From Clostridia bacterium (lineage in GTDB: Bacteria > Bacillota > Clostridia > Christensenellales > CAG-138), in NCBI GenBank assembly GCA_017619735.1, contig JAFZRT010000020.1, positions 2,622 to 66,621 of the forward strand: 64,000 bases of DNA, written 5' to 3'. Position 1 is the stretch's first letter. Every line of letters begins with the position of its first letter. Made by a program: the position numbers and the translations under genes. Below the pieces are notes generated by a model. It made no database searches. It was given only the letters and a program-made list of their open reading frames with translations, and had not been told where the DNA came from. This document shows positions 54,659-63,891 of this stretch, one piece after another.

Positions 54659-55501
54659 ATGGAAAAGTATTTCTATAAGCTTCACGGCCTCGGCAACGAC
54701 ATGATCGTCATCGACGACCGCGATAACGCCATCGCCCCCTACGACATGCCCCGCGTCGCGAGGAAGCTCTGCAACCGCAGGACGGGCATAGGCGGCGACT
54801 GTCTGCTCGTCGCAAAGAGCAGCGACATCGCCGATATCGCGATGCTCGTCTACAATTCCGACGGCACGCAGGCGCAGATGTGCGGCAACGGCATTCGCTG
54901 CTTCTCCAGGGTCGTTTACGAGACCGGCATGATCCCCTTCGACGGGTTCACCGTCGACACGCTCTCCGGCATTAAGAAGCCCCAGCTCCTGCTGATGGAC
55001 GGCGAGGTCAAGGCCGTGAGGGTCGATATGGGCAAGCCCAACTTCCTGACGGGCGAGATACCGATGGACGTCGATACCGAAGAGTTCGTCAGGCAGCCCA
55101 TCACCGCGGCGGGCAGGGAGTTCATCGCCACCGCCGTCAATACAGGCATACCGCAGCTCGTGGTATTCGTCGACAACGTCCGCAAGCTCGATATAGAAAA
55201 ATACGGCCTTGCGCTCGAGCATCACGAGTTCTTCCCCGAAAAGACCAACGTCTCCTTTGTGGAGATCGAGGACCGCCGCTCGGTCGTGACCCGCGCATGG
55301 GAGCGCGGCTGCGGCGCCACGCTCTGCTGCGGGACGGGCGCTACCGCCGTCGCCGCGGCGTGCATAAAGTCCGGCCTCACCGACAAGGTCGTCTCCGTGC
55401 GCGTGCCGCTGGGCGCTCTGCGCATCGAGTGGGACGGCGAGAACAATATCTACATGTCCGGCCCCGCCGAAAAGGTTTTCGAGGGCAAGGTAATAATCTG
55501 A
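54659..55501 (+). CDS. dapF: Diaminopimelate epimerase
   Basis: LHGLGNDMIVID, MCGNGIRCF and CGTGATA (the two catalytic Cys motifs). Confidence 0.9.
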   Translation: MEKYFYKLHGLGNDMIVIDDRDNAIAPYDMPRVARKLCNRRTGIGGDCLLVAKSSDIADIAMLVYNSDGTQAQMCGNGIRCFSRVVYETGMIPFDGFTVDTLSGIKKPQLLLMDGEVKAVRVDMGKPNFLTGEIPMDVDTEEFVRQPITAAGREFIATAVNTGIPQLVVFVDNVRKLDIEKYGLALEHHEFFPEKTNVSFVEIEDRRSVVTRAWERGCGATLCCGTGATAVAAACIKSGLTDKVVSVRVPLGALRIEWDGENNIYMSGPAEKVFEGKVII

Positions 55502-55517
55502 CAGGAAGAGGAACGAA

Positions 55518-55766
55518 ATGCATTACACCTACAAGACTCAGGGCACCTGCTCCACGAAGATCGATTTCGATATAGTGGACGGCAAGCTTCACAACATCGT
55601 ATTCACAAACGGCTGCAACGGCAATCTGCAGGCGCTGGGCCGCCTCCTTGAGGGCGCGGATCCCCGGTTCGCCATCGACCGCCTTGAAGGCATTCGCTGC
55701 TCCGGAGGCCCGACCTCCTGCGGCGATCAGCTGGCACAGGCAATCAAGCAGGCGATAAATGGCTAA
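55518..55766 (+). CDS. TSCPD-domain small protein (TIGR03905-like)
   Basis: 82 aa: GTCSTKIDFDIVDGKLHNIVFTNGCNGNLQALGRLLEG ... RCSGGPTSCGDQLA. Confidence 0.75.
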   Translation: MHYTYKTQGTCSTKIDFDIVDGKLHNIVFTNGCNGNLQALGRLLEGADPRFAIDRLEGIRCSGGPTSCGDQLAQAIKQAING

Positions 55767-56334
55767 AAAGGATACCGGTTCCAATCCGCTCGGCACCGTC
55801 CGGCGGTCCATATGGTACGTGCTTCGCGCGGTGCTCGTCGTGAGCCTTCTTTTGGGGCTCGCGTTCGCCGTGTTCACCGAGTGCATGTACATAACCAATA
55901 TGGGCATAATCGTCACCTCCGGCATGAAGCTGCGCGCCGAGACCATCCTCAAAAACGGCGCGGTGGCGGATCTGCGCCAGTACTTCACAGAGGAGCATCT
56001 CAATACCGACCCCGACATACTGGGGAACCCCTATTCGGATTTCATAGTCGATTCATACGACTACCGCTATTCGATAAAGGGGATAAGCGTGCTCCCCTGG
56101 GCGAAGACCGGCAGCGTCACCTATATAGAGCGCATACCGTCCATAATCGCCAACCCCGTATCGGACGAGGTGACGGGCCCCGTCAAGCCGTGGACGCCGA
56201 TGCTCTACAAGATTCAGCTCGTCAAGGTCGACGGCTGCTGGCTGATCGACCGGCTCATAGTCATTGAGGAAAATCCCGAGGAGGAGGCAAAGCCGACTCC
56301 CGATTACAGTCAGCTCGAAGACAAGAACAAGTGA
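55759..56334 (+). CDS. Hypothetical membrane-anchored protein
   Basis: One N-terminal TM helix (VLRAVLVVSLLLGLAFAVF). It is coupled to its neighbours by 8-nt and 4-nt overlaps. Confidence 0.5.
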   Translation: MAKKDTGSNPLGTVRRSIWYVLRAVLVVSLLLGLAFAVFTECMYITNMGIIVTSGMKLRAETILKNGAVADLRQYFTEEHLNTDPDILGNPYSDFIVDSYDYRYSIKGISVLPWAKTGSVTYIERIPSIIANPVSDEVTGPVKPWTPMLYKIQLVKVDGCWLIDRLIVIEENPEEEAKPTPDYSQLEDKNK

Positions 56335-57329
56335 CCCTTCCCGTATTCAAAAAGCATGACCCGCCCGCGGTGCTCGCGCCGATGGCGGGTATTTCCGACG
56401 CCGTATTCCGCCGTATCTGCGTGGAACACGGCTGTGATTTCACTTATACGGAAATGGTCAGCGCCAAGGGCCTTTTCTACGGCGGCAGGAAGACGCGGGC
56501 GCTCATCCGCGTTTCCGAGGCGGAAAAGCCCTGCGCGGTACAGCTTTTCGGGAGCGATCCCGGCATAATCTCCGAGATGATAAAGGCGCTCGCCGACGAA
56601 TATGCCGGCGAGATAGCCATGATCGATATCAATATGGGCTGCCCCATGCCCAAGATAACCGGCAACGGCGAGGGCTCGGCGCTGATGCGCGATATCCCGC
56701 GGGCGGCGGCTGTCGCGGAGGCGGCGGTCAAGGCCTCCCCCCTGCCCGTGAGCTGCAAGTTCCGCAAGGGCTGGGACGATAACTCAGTCAACGCGGTCGA
56801 GTTCGCGCGGGCAATGGAGGAGAGCGGCGTTTCGCTGCTCACCGTCCACGGCAGGACGCGCGAGCAGCTCTATCACGGCCCGGCGGACTGGGACATAATA
56901 GGCGAGGTGGTCTCCCGCGTAGGCGTGCCCGTGCTGGGCAACGGCGACGTTTTCTCCGGTGAGGCGGCGAAAAAGCTCATATCCCACACCGGCTGCGCTG
57001 GCGTGATGGTCGCGCGCGGCGCGGAGGGCAACCCCTTCATATTCGAGGAGATACGCGCGGCGCTGGACGGCCGGCCCTACTCCCCGCCCACCGAATACGA
57101 GCGCATGACCGAGGCCATTCGGCATACGGAGGAGTTCCTTGAGGAGAAGGGCCCGCGCCTCTTCCCCGAGATGCGCAAACACCTCTCCTGGTACACGAAG
57201 GGCATGCGCGGCTCGCTGGATTTCCGGCGCGCGGTCAACACCGTTCGCAGCCCCGAAGAGATGCTGGAGCTGCTCCGTTCCTTCAGGGATCAGCTCGTCT
57301 GCGGCGAAGCGGGCGAAAAAACTCTTTGA
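56331..57329 (+). CDS. dusB: tRNA-dihydrouridine synthase
   Basis: LAPMAGISDAVFRRI, DINMGCP and TVHGRT. GTG start with a GTGA overlap on the upstream stop. Confidence 0.9.
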   Translation: MTLPVFKKHDPPAVLAPMAGISDAVFRRICVEHGCDFTYTEMVSAKGLFYGGRKTRALIRVSEAEKPCAVQLFGSDPGIISEMIKALADEYAGEIAMIDINMGCPMPKITGNGEGSALMRDIPRAAAVAEAAVKASPLPVSCKFRKGWDDNSVNAVEFARAMEESGVSLLTVHGRTREQLYHGPADWDIIGEVVSRVGVPVLGNGDVFSGEAAKKLISHTGCAGVMVARGAEGNPFIFEEIRAALDGRPYSPPTEYERMTEAIRHTEEFLEEKGPRLFPEMRKHLSWYTKGMRGSLDFRRAVNTVRSPEEMLELLRSFRDQLVCGEAGEKTL

Positions 57330-57348
57330 AGATATACAGAAATTATGC

Positions 57349-57377
57349 TTGACACGGAGGCCCCTCCTTAATATAAT
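57349..57377 (+). promoter_or_regulatory. Consensus sigma-70 promoter (TTGACA, 17 nt, TATAAT) for greA
   Basis: Read directly from the sequence. Confidence 0.7.
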
Positions 57378-57429
57378 TCATAGGCGGGTCACCGCATTGA
57401 TTTGAAATAATTGAAAGGAATCACATAAA

Positions 57430-57900
57430 ATGGCAGAGGTTTATCTAACTCCTGAAGGCAAGAAGGAACTGGACGACAAGCTGGCATATCTCAAGAACAT
57501 CCGCAGGACCGAGATCGCGGAGCTCATCTCCGAGGCGCGTGCGCAGGGCGACCTTTCCGAAAACGCCGAGTATGACGCCGCCAAGGAGCTTCAGGCGAAG
57601 AACGAGTATGAGATCGCCGAGGTCGAGGCCATGCTCAAGAACGCCATAGTCATCGACAGCACCTCCGCGAACTCCAACACGGTCGTTGTGGGCGTTACCG
57701 TAATGCTCCGCAACCTGACCGCGAAGAAGGACGTCGAGTATCAGATCGTCGGCGCGGCGGAGGCCGATCCCTTCAAGAAGCGCATATCCAACAACTCCCC
57801 CGTCGGCAACGGCCTCATCGGCCATAAGGTCGGCGAGACGGTCGATATCGTCACCCCCGGCGGCATCGTCAGCTTCAAGATCAAGGGTATCAAGAGCTGA
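57430..57900 (+). CDS. greA: Transcription elongation factor GreA
   Basis: LTPEGKKELDDKLAYLKNIRRTEIAELISEARAQGDLSENAEYDAAKE is the canonical sequence. Confidence 0.95.
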   Translation: MAEVYLTPEGKKELDDKLAYLKNIRRTEIAELISEARAQGDLSENAEYDAAKELQAKNEYEIAEVEAMLKNAIVIDSTSANSNTVVVGVTVMLRNLTAKKDVEYQIVGAAEADPFKKRISNNSPVGNGLIGHKVGETVDIVTPGGIVSFKIKGIKS

Positions 57901-57920
57901 AAACATATTCCGGATAACCG

Positions 57921-57948
57921 AAAAGCGGCCCTTACGGGCCGCTTTTTT
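57921..57948. terminator. Bidirectional intrinsic terminator
   Basis: aaaagcggccc-tta-cgggccgctttttt, between convergent greA and the HD-domain gene. Confidence 0.85.
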
Positions 57949-57956
57949 CATGCCTG

Positions 57957-58523
57957 TCATTCCCTGCTCTTCTCTATCTTTGCCTCCGTCTCGGCGCGGA
58001 TCGCGCTGCGCAGCTTGGTGAGATACCCGGAGAACGCGACCCTGTCCCATGCGTAGTTGAGGTTCAGGTCGTATTCGTGGGGCTCCCATGTCGAGATTTC
58101 GGACTCGTTGTGCTGTATGACGGCCTCCAGACTGTCCATGGACTTGTAGATGCGGGCTTCGACGGTGCTGCGCTGCTTCATCTCCTCATAGAGGGCGGTC
58201 ATCTCCGAAGCGTAGGGCTCGGGCAGCGACGCCGTCCAGTCCATGAGCAGCCGTTCCTCGCGGGCTTCGTCCTCCTCCGTCTTCGCAAAAACGGGGATAT
58301 CGCCTGTGAACGCCTCGCCCAGGTCGTGTATGAGGCACATCTTTATCACCCTGTCCATATCGGCGTCGGGGAACTCGTCCTTAACGAGGTACGCCATCAG
58401 CGCCGTGCGCCAGCTGTGCTCGGCCACGCTCTCGCGCCGCCCGCCCGACGTCACGCAGTGCCGCGGCACGTCCTTCAGTTTTTCGGCAAGGTGGAGGATC
58501 TCCAGAAGTTTATTCGCATCCAT
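57957..58523 (-). CDS. HD-domain phosphohydrolase (YfbR-like 5'-deoxynucleotidase)
   Basis: ESVAEHSWRTALMAYL ... CLIHDLGEAFTGDIP. Confidence 0.8.
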   Translation of the reverse strand: MDANKLLEILHLAEKLKDVPRHCVTSGGRRESVAEHSWRTALMAYLVKDEFPDADMDRVIKMCLIHDLGEAFTGDIPVFAKTEEDEAREERLLMDWTASLPEPYASEMTALYEEMKQRSTVEARIYKSMDSLEAVIQHNESEISTWEPHEYDLNLNYAWDRVAFSGYLTKLRSAIRAETEAKIEKSRE

Positions 58524-58539
58524 AGCTTTCCTTTCCCTG

Positions 58540-59064
58540 TCAAAGGGTCACGATCTTCGCGTTCACGCCGCTGTTGTCGATCTCCAGTACGGCGAAGCTG
58601 CGTTTGGCGCTCCCGCGCGGGCGCGAGGGGCTGCCGGGATTGAGCATGAGCAGGCTGCCGTAAGCCGAAAGCCCGCCCCTGTGCGTGTGGCCGTAAAGCG
58701 CGGCGGCGCAGTGCTTTTCCTCCGCGCGGTAACTCAAGGTGTACGGGCCGAGGTCGACGTCGTACATATGACCGTGGCAGAGGAGTATCCTCACCCCGCC
58801 GACCGTAACGACCCTTTCGGAGGCCGAATCCCGCTGCGGCGCGGGAAAGACGTCCTCCGCCTCCCCGCCGAAGCCCCAGCCGTCGCAGTTGCCGAGCACC
58901 GAATAGACGGGCTTGCCTGTGAGCTCGCGGAGCTTTTTTGCGTCGGAGGCGTAGTCGCCAAGGTGGAACCAGCCGTCGACATCGCTTGCAAGGCCGACGC
59001 AGGCTTCGACAGCGGCGAAGCTCCCGTGCGTATCGGAAATGACGCCTATCCTTATCATGTTCAC
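58540..59064 (-). CDS. YfcE/MJ0936-family metallophosphoesterase
   Basis: RIGVISDTHGS, LGDY, GNCD and YGHTH. Confidence 0.85.
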   Translation of the reverse strand: MNMIRIGVISDTHGSFAAVEACVGLASDVDGWFHLGDYASDAKKLRELTGKPVYSVLGNCDGWGFGGEAEDVFPAPQRDSASERVVTVGGVRILLCHGHMYDVDLGPYTLSYRAEEKHCAAALYGHTHRGGLSAYGSLLMLNPGSPSRPRGSAKRSFAVLEIDNSGVNAKIVTL

Positions 59065-59666
59065 GAAAGCGCCGCGAGCACTAGCGCCAGCGCGTTCCTG
59101 CGGTGGCTTACGGCGTTCTTCTCGTCGGCGTCCATCTCGGCAAAGGTCTTGCCTGCGGGCCCGTACAGGAACAGCGAATCGTAGCCGAAGCCGTTATCGC
59201 CGCGCTCGTCAAACGTTATGGAGCCGTAGACGCGGCCCGTCGCGCGGACGGCGGGGGCGTCCTTTCTGACAAGCACCATGGCGGTCGCGAAATGCGCGCC
59301 GCGCCTTTCCCCGGGGACTCCGTCAAGCTCCCGAAGCAGTTTTTCGCGGTTGGCGGCGTCGTCATGTCCGTCGGTGGCGTAGCGGGCAGATCTGACGCCC
59401 GGGGCTCCGCCGAGGGCGTCTACGAGCAGGCCGGTATCGTCGGCGAGCACCGCGTCGCCCGGTTCCATCAAGCCCATGGAATCGGCGAGGGCGAATACCT
59501 CCTCCGCCTTCTTCTGCGCGTTGCCCTCGAGGGTGTCGGCGTCCTCGACGACGTCGAGCTCGAGCCCGGCCTCACGCTGGCCGAGAACGCGCTCGAACCT
59601 TGCGCCGAGCATGGATCTGATCTCCTCGATCTTATGCCTGTTGTTTGATGCGATGATAAGCTTCAT
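59061..59666 (-). CDS. rdgB: XTP/dITP diphosphatase (RdgB/HAM1)
   Basis: KLIIASNNRHKIEEI ... EDADTLEGNAQKKA ... FGYDSLF. Confidence 0.9.
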   Translation of the reverse strand: MKLIIASNNRHKIEEIRSMLGARFERVLGQREAGLELDVVEDADTLEGNAQKKAEEVFALADSMGLMEPGDAVLADDTGLLVDALGGAPGVRSARYATDGHDDAANREKLLRELDGVPGERRGAHFATAMVLVRKDAPAVRATGRVYGSITFDERGDNGFGYDSLFLYGPAGKTFAEMDADEKNAVSHRRNALALVLAALS

Positions 59667-59710
59667 TATAGTCCTCTTTTCAAAAAAGGCGGCTGAGCCG
59701 CCCTTTGTTT

Positions 59711-61141
59711 TTATTCGAGTCCCGCCTTTTTGAACTCCGCGGCGAGTCTTTCGCGCCAGTCGCCCACCGGCCTCAGGAAGTCGATGAACATGTGCTCCTC
59801 GACGCTCTCGTCCTCCCAGCGCATGGCGCCGATCATTTCGCGGTGCTCATAGAGCCAGATCACGCGGTCGACGACATACTTGATATGGGAGAGGGTGTAG
59901 ACCCTCCTGGGGACGGCGAGACGTACGAGCTCGAACGGGGCGATGGAATCCTCCGGCGCTTCGCTGGAAAGGCCGCGCTCCATTCCCCTCGCGCCGCTGA
60001 CGACGTATATAGCCGCCGCGAGCGCAGCGCCGCGGAAGTCCTTTTTGCCGAGGTGCGCGCAGAACCTGTCCGCGTCGAGGTGGCAGCCGAGGCCGCCCGC
60101 GGGGGTGATCACGGGCACGCCGTGCTTTTTGAACTCATCGACCATGTATTCGATGAAATCGGGGCCCTGGGAGATGACGTCCTCGTCCATGGTGTCGTCG
60201 AAGCCGACGCACATTACCTCCATCTCGGCGGAGCTCATGCCGCCGAAGGAGGGGAAGCCCTCGAAGCAGGAGACGTTGTTGCGCACCTTGATATAGGCGT
60301 CGTGATCGTTCATGCAGATACCGCCGCCGCGCGCAAAGCCCAGCTTGCGGCCGCTGAAATAGATCATGTCGACGGCGTCCGCCATTTCGCGGATTATCTC
60401 GCGGACGGTCATATCCCTGCGCTTTTCGTCGCGGGTCTTTATGAAGTGCAGATTGTCCATCACGAGGCTCATATCGAGGAGCGTCATAATGCCGTGCTTC
60501 TTTGCGATGGCGGAGACGGCGAGTATGTTATCCATCGATATCGGCTGACCGCCGATGAGGTTGGTGCCGGCTTCGAGCCTTATCATGGGCACGCGGTCCT
60601 TCGGGGTCTCGTCAAGGAACCTTTCGAGCTTTTCGAGATCGTAATCGCCCTTGAAGCCGTCGTCGCCGGTGGTGACGAGGCCCTTTTCCTGCAAGAACTC
60701 GACGAGGTTGCCGCCGCGGAGGCGGACCTGCGTGAGGAAGGTGCAGAAGTGGAAATTGGTGGGGATGAGGTCGCCTTCCTTGACGAAGGAACGGGCGATC
60801 ATCTGCTCGCACGCGCGGCCCTGATGCACGGGGAGAAAATAGTCCTTGCCCAGTATCTCCTTGACCTTGGCGGCCATCTTATAATAGGTGGTGCTGCCCG
60901 CGTAGGCGAAATCGGCGAGGTGGAACGCGCCCGCCTGCGCGTCGCTCATGGCGTTGAAGCCCGAATCGGTGACCATGTCGATAAACACGTCTTCGGACTT
61001 GAGGTTATATGAACAGTTGCCCGCCTCGTCAAGGGCGGCAATCCGGTCCTCGACGGGGATGAGCCTTATGGGGTGCACCGTCGATACCCTGTGCATTTCT
61101 ATTGGAATGATCTCTCCGCTGTGAAGCCTGACTTTGGACAT
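59711..61141 (-). CDS. Beta-eliminating lyase (tryptophanase / tyrosine phenol-lyase family)
   Basis: The length and motifs of the TnaA/Tpl family are present (IPIEMHRV..., ...YFSGRKLGFARGGG... PLP-Lys region). The start is at ATG 61141, after AAAGGAGAAG. I cannot tell Trp from Tyr specificity by eye. Confidence 0.8.
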   Translation of the reverse strand: MSKVRLHSGEIIPIEMHRVSTVHPIRLIPVEDRIAALDEAGNCSYNLKSEDVFIDMVTDSGFNAMSDAQAGAFHLADFAYAGSTTYYKMAAKVKEILGKDYFLPVHQGRACEQMIARSFVKEGDLIPTNFHFCTFLTQVRLRGGNLVEFLQEKGLVTTGDDGFKGDYDLEKLERFLDETPKDRVPMIRLEAGTNLIGGQPISMDNILAVSAIAKKHGIMTLLDMSLVMDNLHFIKTRDEKRRDMTVREIIREMADAVDMIYFSGRKLGFARGGGICMNDHDAYIKVRNNVSCFEGFPSFGGMSSAEMEVMCVGFDDTMDEDVISQGPDFIEYMVDEFKKHGVPVITPAGGLGCHLDADRFCAHLGKKDFRGAALAAAIYVVSGARGMERGLSSEAPEDSIAPFELVRLAVPRRVYTLSHIKYVVDRVIWLYEHREMIGAMRWEDESVEEHMFIDFLRPVGDWRERLAAEFKKAGLE

Positions 61142-61225
61142 TTCCGTCTTCTCCTTTAGCAACTTACTGTATTATAATTATACAACATATTCCGCTAAAC
61201 TGCAAATAATATCGCATATTTAGCG

Positions 61226-61828
61226 TTACCAGCCGACCGTGAAGCCGATCACCATGCCCGCCGCGGCGGCGATCGCTATGAACACGAGCGGGTGGAGCTT
61301 CTTCAGGGGCTTCAGGTTCGTCAGCACCATCATCACCGCGAAGAGCGCTGTCTCCGGCAGGCAGAACGCCGCGCCGAACGTCGATGCGGTGAAGTTGAAG
61401 AGGGTCGTGCCGATCACGCTCCATGCGGCGGCAGCGATGAGGCCGGCGACCGCGGGACGCAGCGTCGAGAACGCGGAGTCCACGATGCTGCTGTTCTTGT
61501 ATTTGTCGAGCACGCGGCTGACGATGAGTATCACGATGAACGAGGGCGCGACGAGCGACGCCGTGGCGGTGAAAGCCGTGGTGACGCCCATGAGCTCGCT
61601 CCCGCCGAAGGTGTTGAAGCCGGCCATGTAGCCCGCGTAGGTGGCCATGTTGATACCGAGCGGGCCGGGCGTGGACTCCGAAAGGGCGACCATCTGGCTT
61701 ATCATGTCGGAGGTCAGCCACTCGTATTTGTCGGCGAGCGCGCTCAAAAACGGGAGCGTCGCAAGCCCGCCGCCCGCGGCGAAGAGGCCGATCTTGAAGA
61801 ATTCATAGATGAGTATGAGGTAGATCAT
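61226..61828 (-). CDS. Chromate-transporter (ChrA) family half protein
   Basis: LFAAGGGLATLPFL motif and 6 TM helices. A 4-nt overlap links it to the upstream gene. Confidence 0.8.
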   Translation of the reverse strand: MIYLILIYEFFKIGLFAAGGGLATLPFLSALADKYEWLTSDMISQMVALSESTPGPLGINMATYAGYMAGFNTFGGSELMGVTTAFTATASLVAPSFIVILIVSRVLDKYKNSSIVDSAFSTLRPAVAGLIAAAAWSVIGTTLFNFTASTFGAAFCLPETALFAVMMVLTNLKPLKKLHPLVFIAIAAAAGMVIGFTVGW

Positions 61829-63267
61829 TTCGTCTTACCTCCCATCCTGCCGCGGATCACGCCGATGAGCGCCGCGCCGATGACCACGAAAACGGGCGAT
61901 ATGCGGAACGGGAGCTTGAACGTCTGCGGCAGAGCCACGAGCAGGAACGCGGCCGCCGCAAGCACGTAGCCCAGCGGATCCTTTATCTTTTCCTTTACGA
62001 GCTTTATTACGGTGTTGAGTATGAGCACGCCGACCGCGACCCTAATGCCGTGCAGGGCGTATTTGACCGCGGGGATATCGGCGAAATTGGCGAGCAGCGC
62101 CGTCAGCACGCAGATTATGACGAACGACGGGAGAACGACGCCCGCAGTCGCGCAGAACGCGCCCCAGAAGCCCCTCTGCTTTTTGCCGACGAATGTCGCG
62201 GTGTTGACCGCGATCACGCCGGGCGTGCACTGGCCTATCGCGAAATAGTCGAGCAGCTCGTCGTGGGAGACCCACGAGGTCTTTTCCACGCACTCGCGCT
62301 CCAGCATGGGGAGCATGGCGTAGCCGCCGCCGAACGTGAACGCGCCTATGCGCATGAAAGCGGAAAAGAGCTTCCACAGACTCGGACGGTCTTCTGCCCC
62401 CTCCCGCTCCTTCAGCACGGCGAGATACCCCTCCATGCCGTCGGAGCAGCTGACGCGGAGCTCGTCCCTTCCGATGAGCTCCATCGCCCTTGCAAGTATG
62501 TACGCGCCGTAGAGTATCACGTCGTGGCGCTCGCGGAGAAGGGGATGCTCCCTGCGCGCGCCGCCCATGAGTATCAGCTTTTCTATGAGTTCCTCCACGT
62601 CCGAGCGGGTAAGCACGGATCCGTCGACCGCTTCGGCGGTGAACTCCTTGATATCCGCCTTGAGCGCGGCGAGGGTCGTGATGGTGCCGCCAACGCCCGT
62701 AAGATCGCCGTGCAGGCCGTCGGGGACCGTCACTGCCCCGTCCATGTATTCGATAACGGCGTCCCTCTGGGCCAGCGGGTCGGTATCGCAGTCGGGAGCG
62801 CCGGTCGCCTCCCGCGCGATATCGCCGCAGCGGACGCAGCCCGCTCTGAAGCTGACGCCGCCGTCCTTCGTCACTATCTGCATCGACGCGCCGCCGATAT
62901 CGAGCATTATCCCGCCGCCCGCTGCACCGCGGAAGGCGAAGCGCGCCTCGTCCTCACCCGACAGGATCTCGACCGGTACGCCGCACTCCCTTTCCGCGCG
63001 GTCGGCAAAATCGCGCCCGTTGGAGGCGTCGCGAACGGCGCTCGTCGCGTAGGCGCGCGGAATGAGCCCGTTCCCCTTTGCGCGGGAAGCGAGCTCCTTG
63101 ATAACCGCTATGCTCTTTTCCATCGTATCGTCCGCAAGTCTGCCCGTGCTGTTGAGGCCCGAACCCAGACGGGTCGTATAGACCTCCTTTCGGGGGAACG
63201 AGCCGTCATGCTCCTCCCCGTAACGGATGGAGTTGCTGCCGATATCTATGACCGCGTATTTATTCAC
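61825..63267 (-). CDS. Ppx/GppA-family phosphatase N-domain fused in frame to a ChrA-family half transporter
   Basis: N-terminus MNKYAVIDIGSNSIRYGE ... MLDIGGASMQIV ... GVGGTITTLA (ASKHA-fold Ppx/GppA motifs). From about residue 297 comes LWKLFSAFMRIGAFTFGGGYAMLPMLERE plus TM helices (ChrA half). There is no stop between the two parts. Confidence 0.7.
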   Translation of the reverse strand: MNKYAVIDIGSNSIRYGEEHDGSFPRKEVYTTRLGSGLNSTGRLADDTMEKSIAVIKELASRAKGNGLIPRAYATSAVRDASNGRDFADRAERECGVPVEILSGEDEARFAFRGAAGGGIMLDIGGASMQIVTKDGGVSFRAGCVRCGDIAREATGAPDCDTDPLAQRDAVIEYMDGAVTVPDGLHGDLTGVGGTITTLAALKADIKEFTAEAVDGSVLTRSDVEELIEKLILMGGARREHPLLRERHDVILYGAYILARAMELIGRDELRVSCSDGMEGYLAVLKEREGAEDRPSLWKLFSAFMRIGAFTFGGGYAMLPMLERECVEKTSWVSHDELLDYFAIGQCTPGVIAVNTATFVGKKQRGFWGAFCATAGVVLPSFVIICVLTALLANFADIPAVKYALHGIRVAVGVLILNTVIKLVKEKIKDPLGYVLAAAAFLLVALPQTFKLPFRISPVFVVIGAALIGVIRGRMGGKTK

Positions 63268-63565
63268 CGGAGCCTTCCCTTATGTCGTCCGGGCCGATGT
63301 AGCCGAGGTTGTCCCTTGCGTACTGCAGGAGCCCTTCCAAGCTCTTGACGTATTCGAGATTGCTCTGCAGGCGCTCCTGCTCCCTTGCGAGGGCGTCGAG
63401 CTCGTCGTTCAGGCGCTGTTTCTCCTGCATGAGCTCGGCGAGCTTCCTCTGCTGTGAGCGGAGCTGAGTGAATATGAACGCGATGAATCCGAGGAACAGC
63501 GCGACGCAGACTATTATCGCGATCACGCGGACGGTTCCTTCCTTGAAGAGGCGTCCTTCTTTCAT
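63260..63565 (-). CDS. Septum formation initiator (FtsB/DivIC family)
   Basis: One TM helix, then the coiled coil QQRKLAELMQEKQRLNDELDALAREQERLQSNLEYV. The start is probably ATG 63565. Confidence 0.75.
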   Translation of the reverse strand: MKEGRLFKEGTVRVIAIIVCVALFLGFIAFIFTQLRSQQRKLAELMQEKQRLNDELDALAREQERLQSNLEYVKSLEGLLQYARDNLGYIGPDDIREGSGE

Positions 63566-63720
63566 TATTACCTCCGGCGGGTGCATATTCCAACATTTAT
63601 ATTATGCACCATGGATGCGGGCTTTTCAAGTGCTTTTCCCGCCGCGCGCGGGTTTTTTGGGCATATACTTTTCCACTTCTCCGCCGTTTCGTATATTTTG
63701 CCCGTTTTTGATATTTGCCC

Positions 63721-63749
63721 TTGACAACCCCCCGCCCCCTATGTATAAT
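63721..63749 (+). promoter_or_regulatory. Consensus sigma-70 promoter (TTGACA, 17 nt, TATAAT) for tRNA-Gly
   Basis: Read directly from the sequence. Confidence 0.7.
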
Positions 63750-63783
63750 AATGTCTGTTCCATTCGGAGCGGCAACTGAATAT

Positions 63784-63859
63784 GCGGGAATAGCTCATTT
63801 GGTAGAGCGCCGCCTTGCCAAGGCGGAGGTGGCGGGTTCGAGCCCCGTTTCCCGCTCCA
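63784..63859 (+). tRNA. tRNA-Gly (anticodon GCC), with CCA encoded
   Basis: I folded the cloverleaf by hand. Acceptor GCGGGAA/TTCCCGC, D-arm GCTC..GAGC, anticodon stem CCGCC/GGCGG with loop TTGCCAA, T-arm GCGGG-TTCGAGC-CCCGT, discriminator T, then CCA. Confidence 0.95.
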
Positions 63860-63862
63860 ACG

Positions 63863-63891
63863 AGAGAATGGCTTTCAGCCATTCTCTTTTT
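63863..63891 (+). terminator. Intrinsic terminator after tRNA-Gly
   Basis: agagaatggc-tttca-gccattctct followed by TTTT. Confidence 0.8.
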
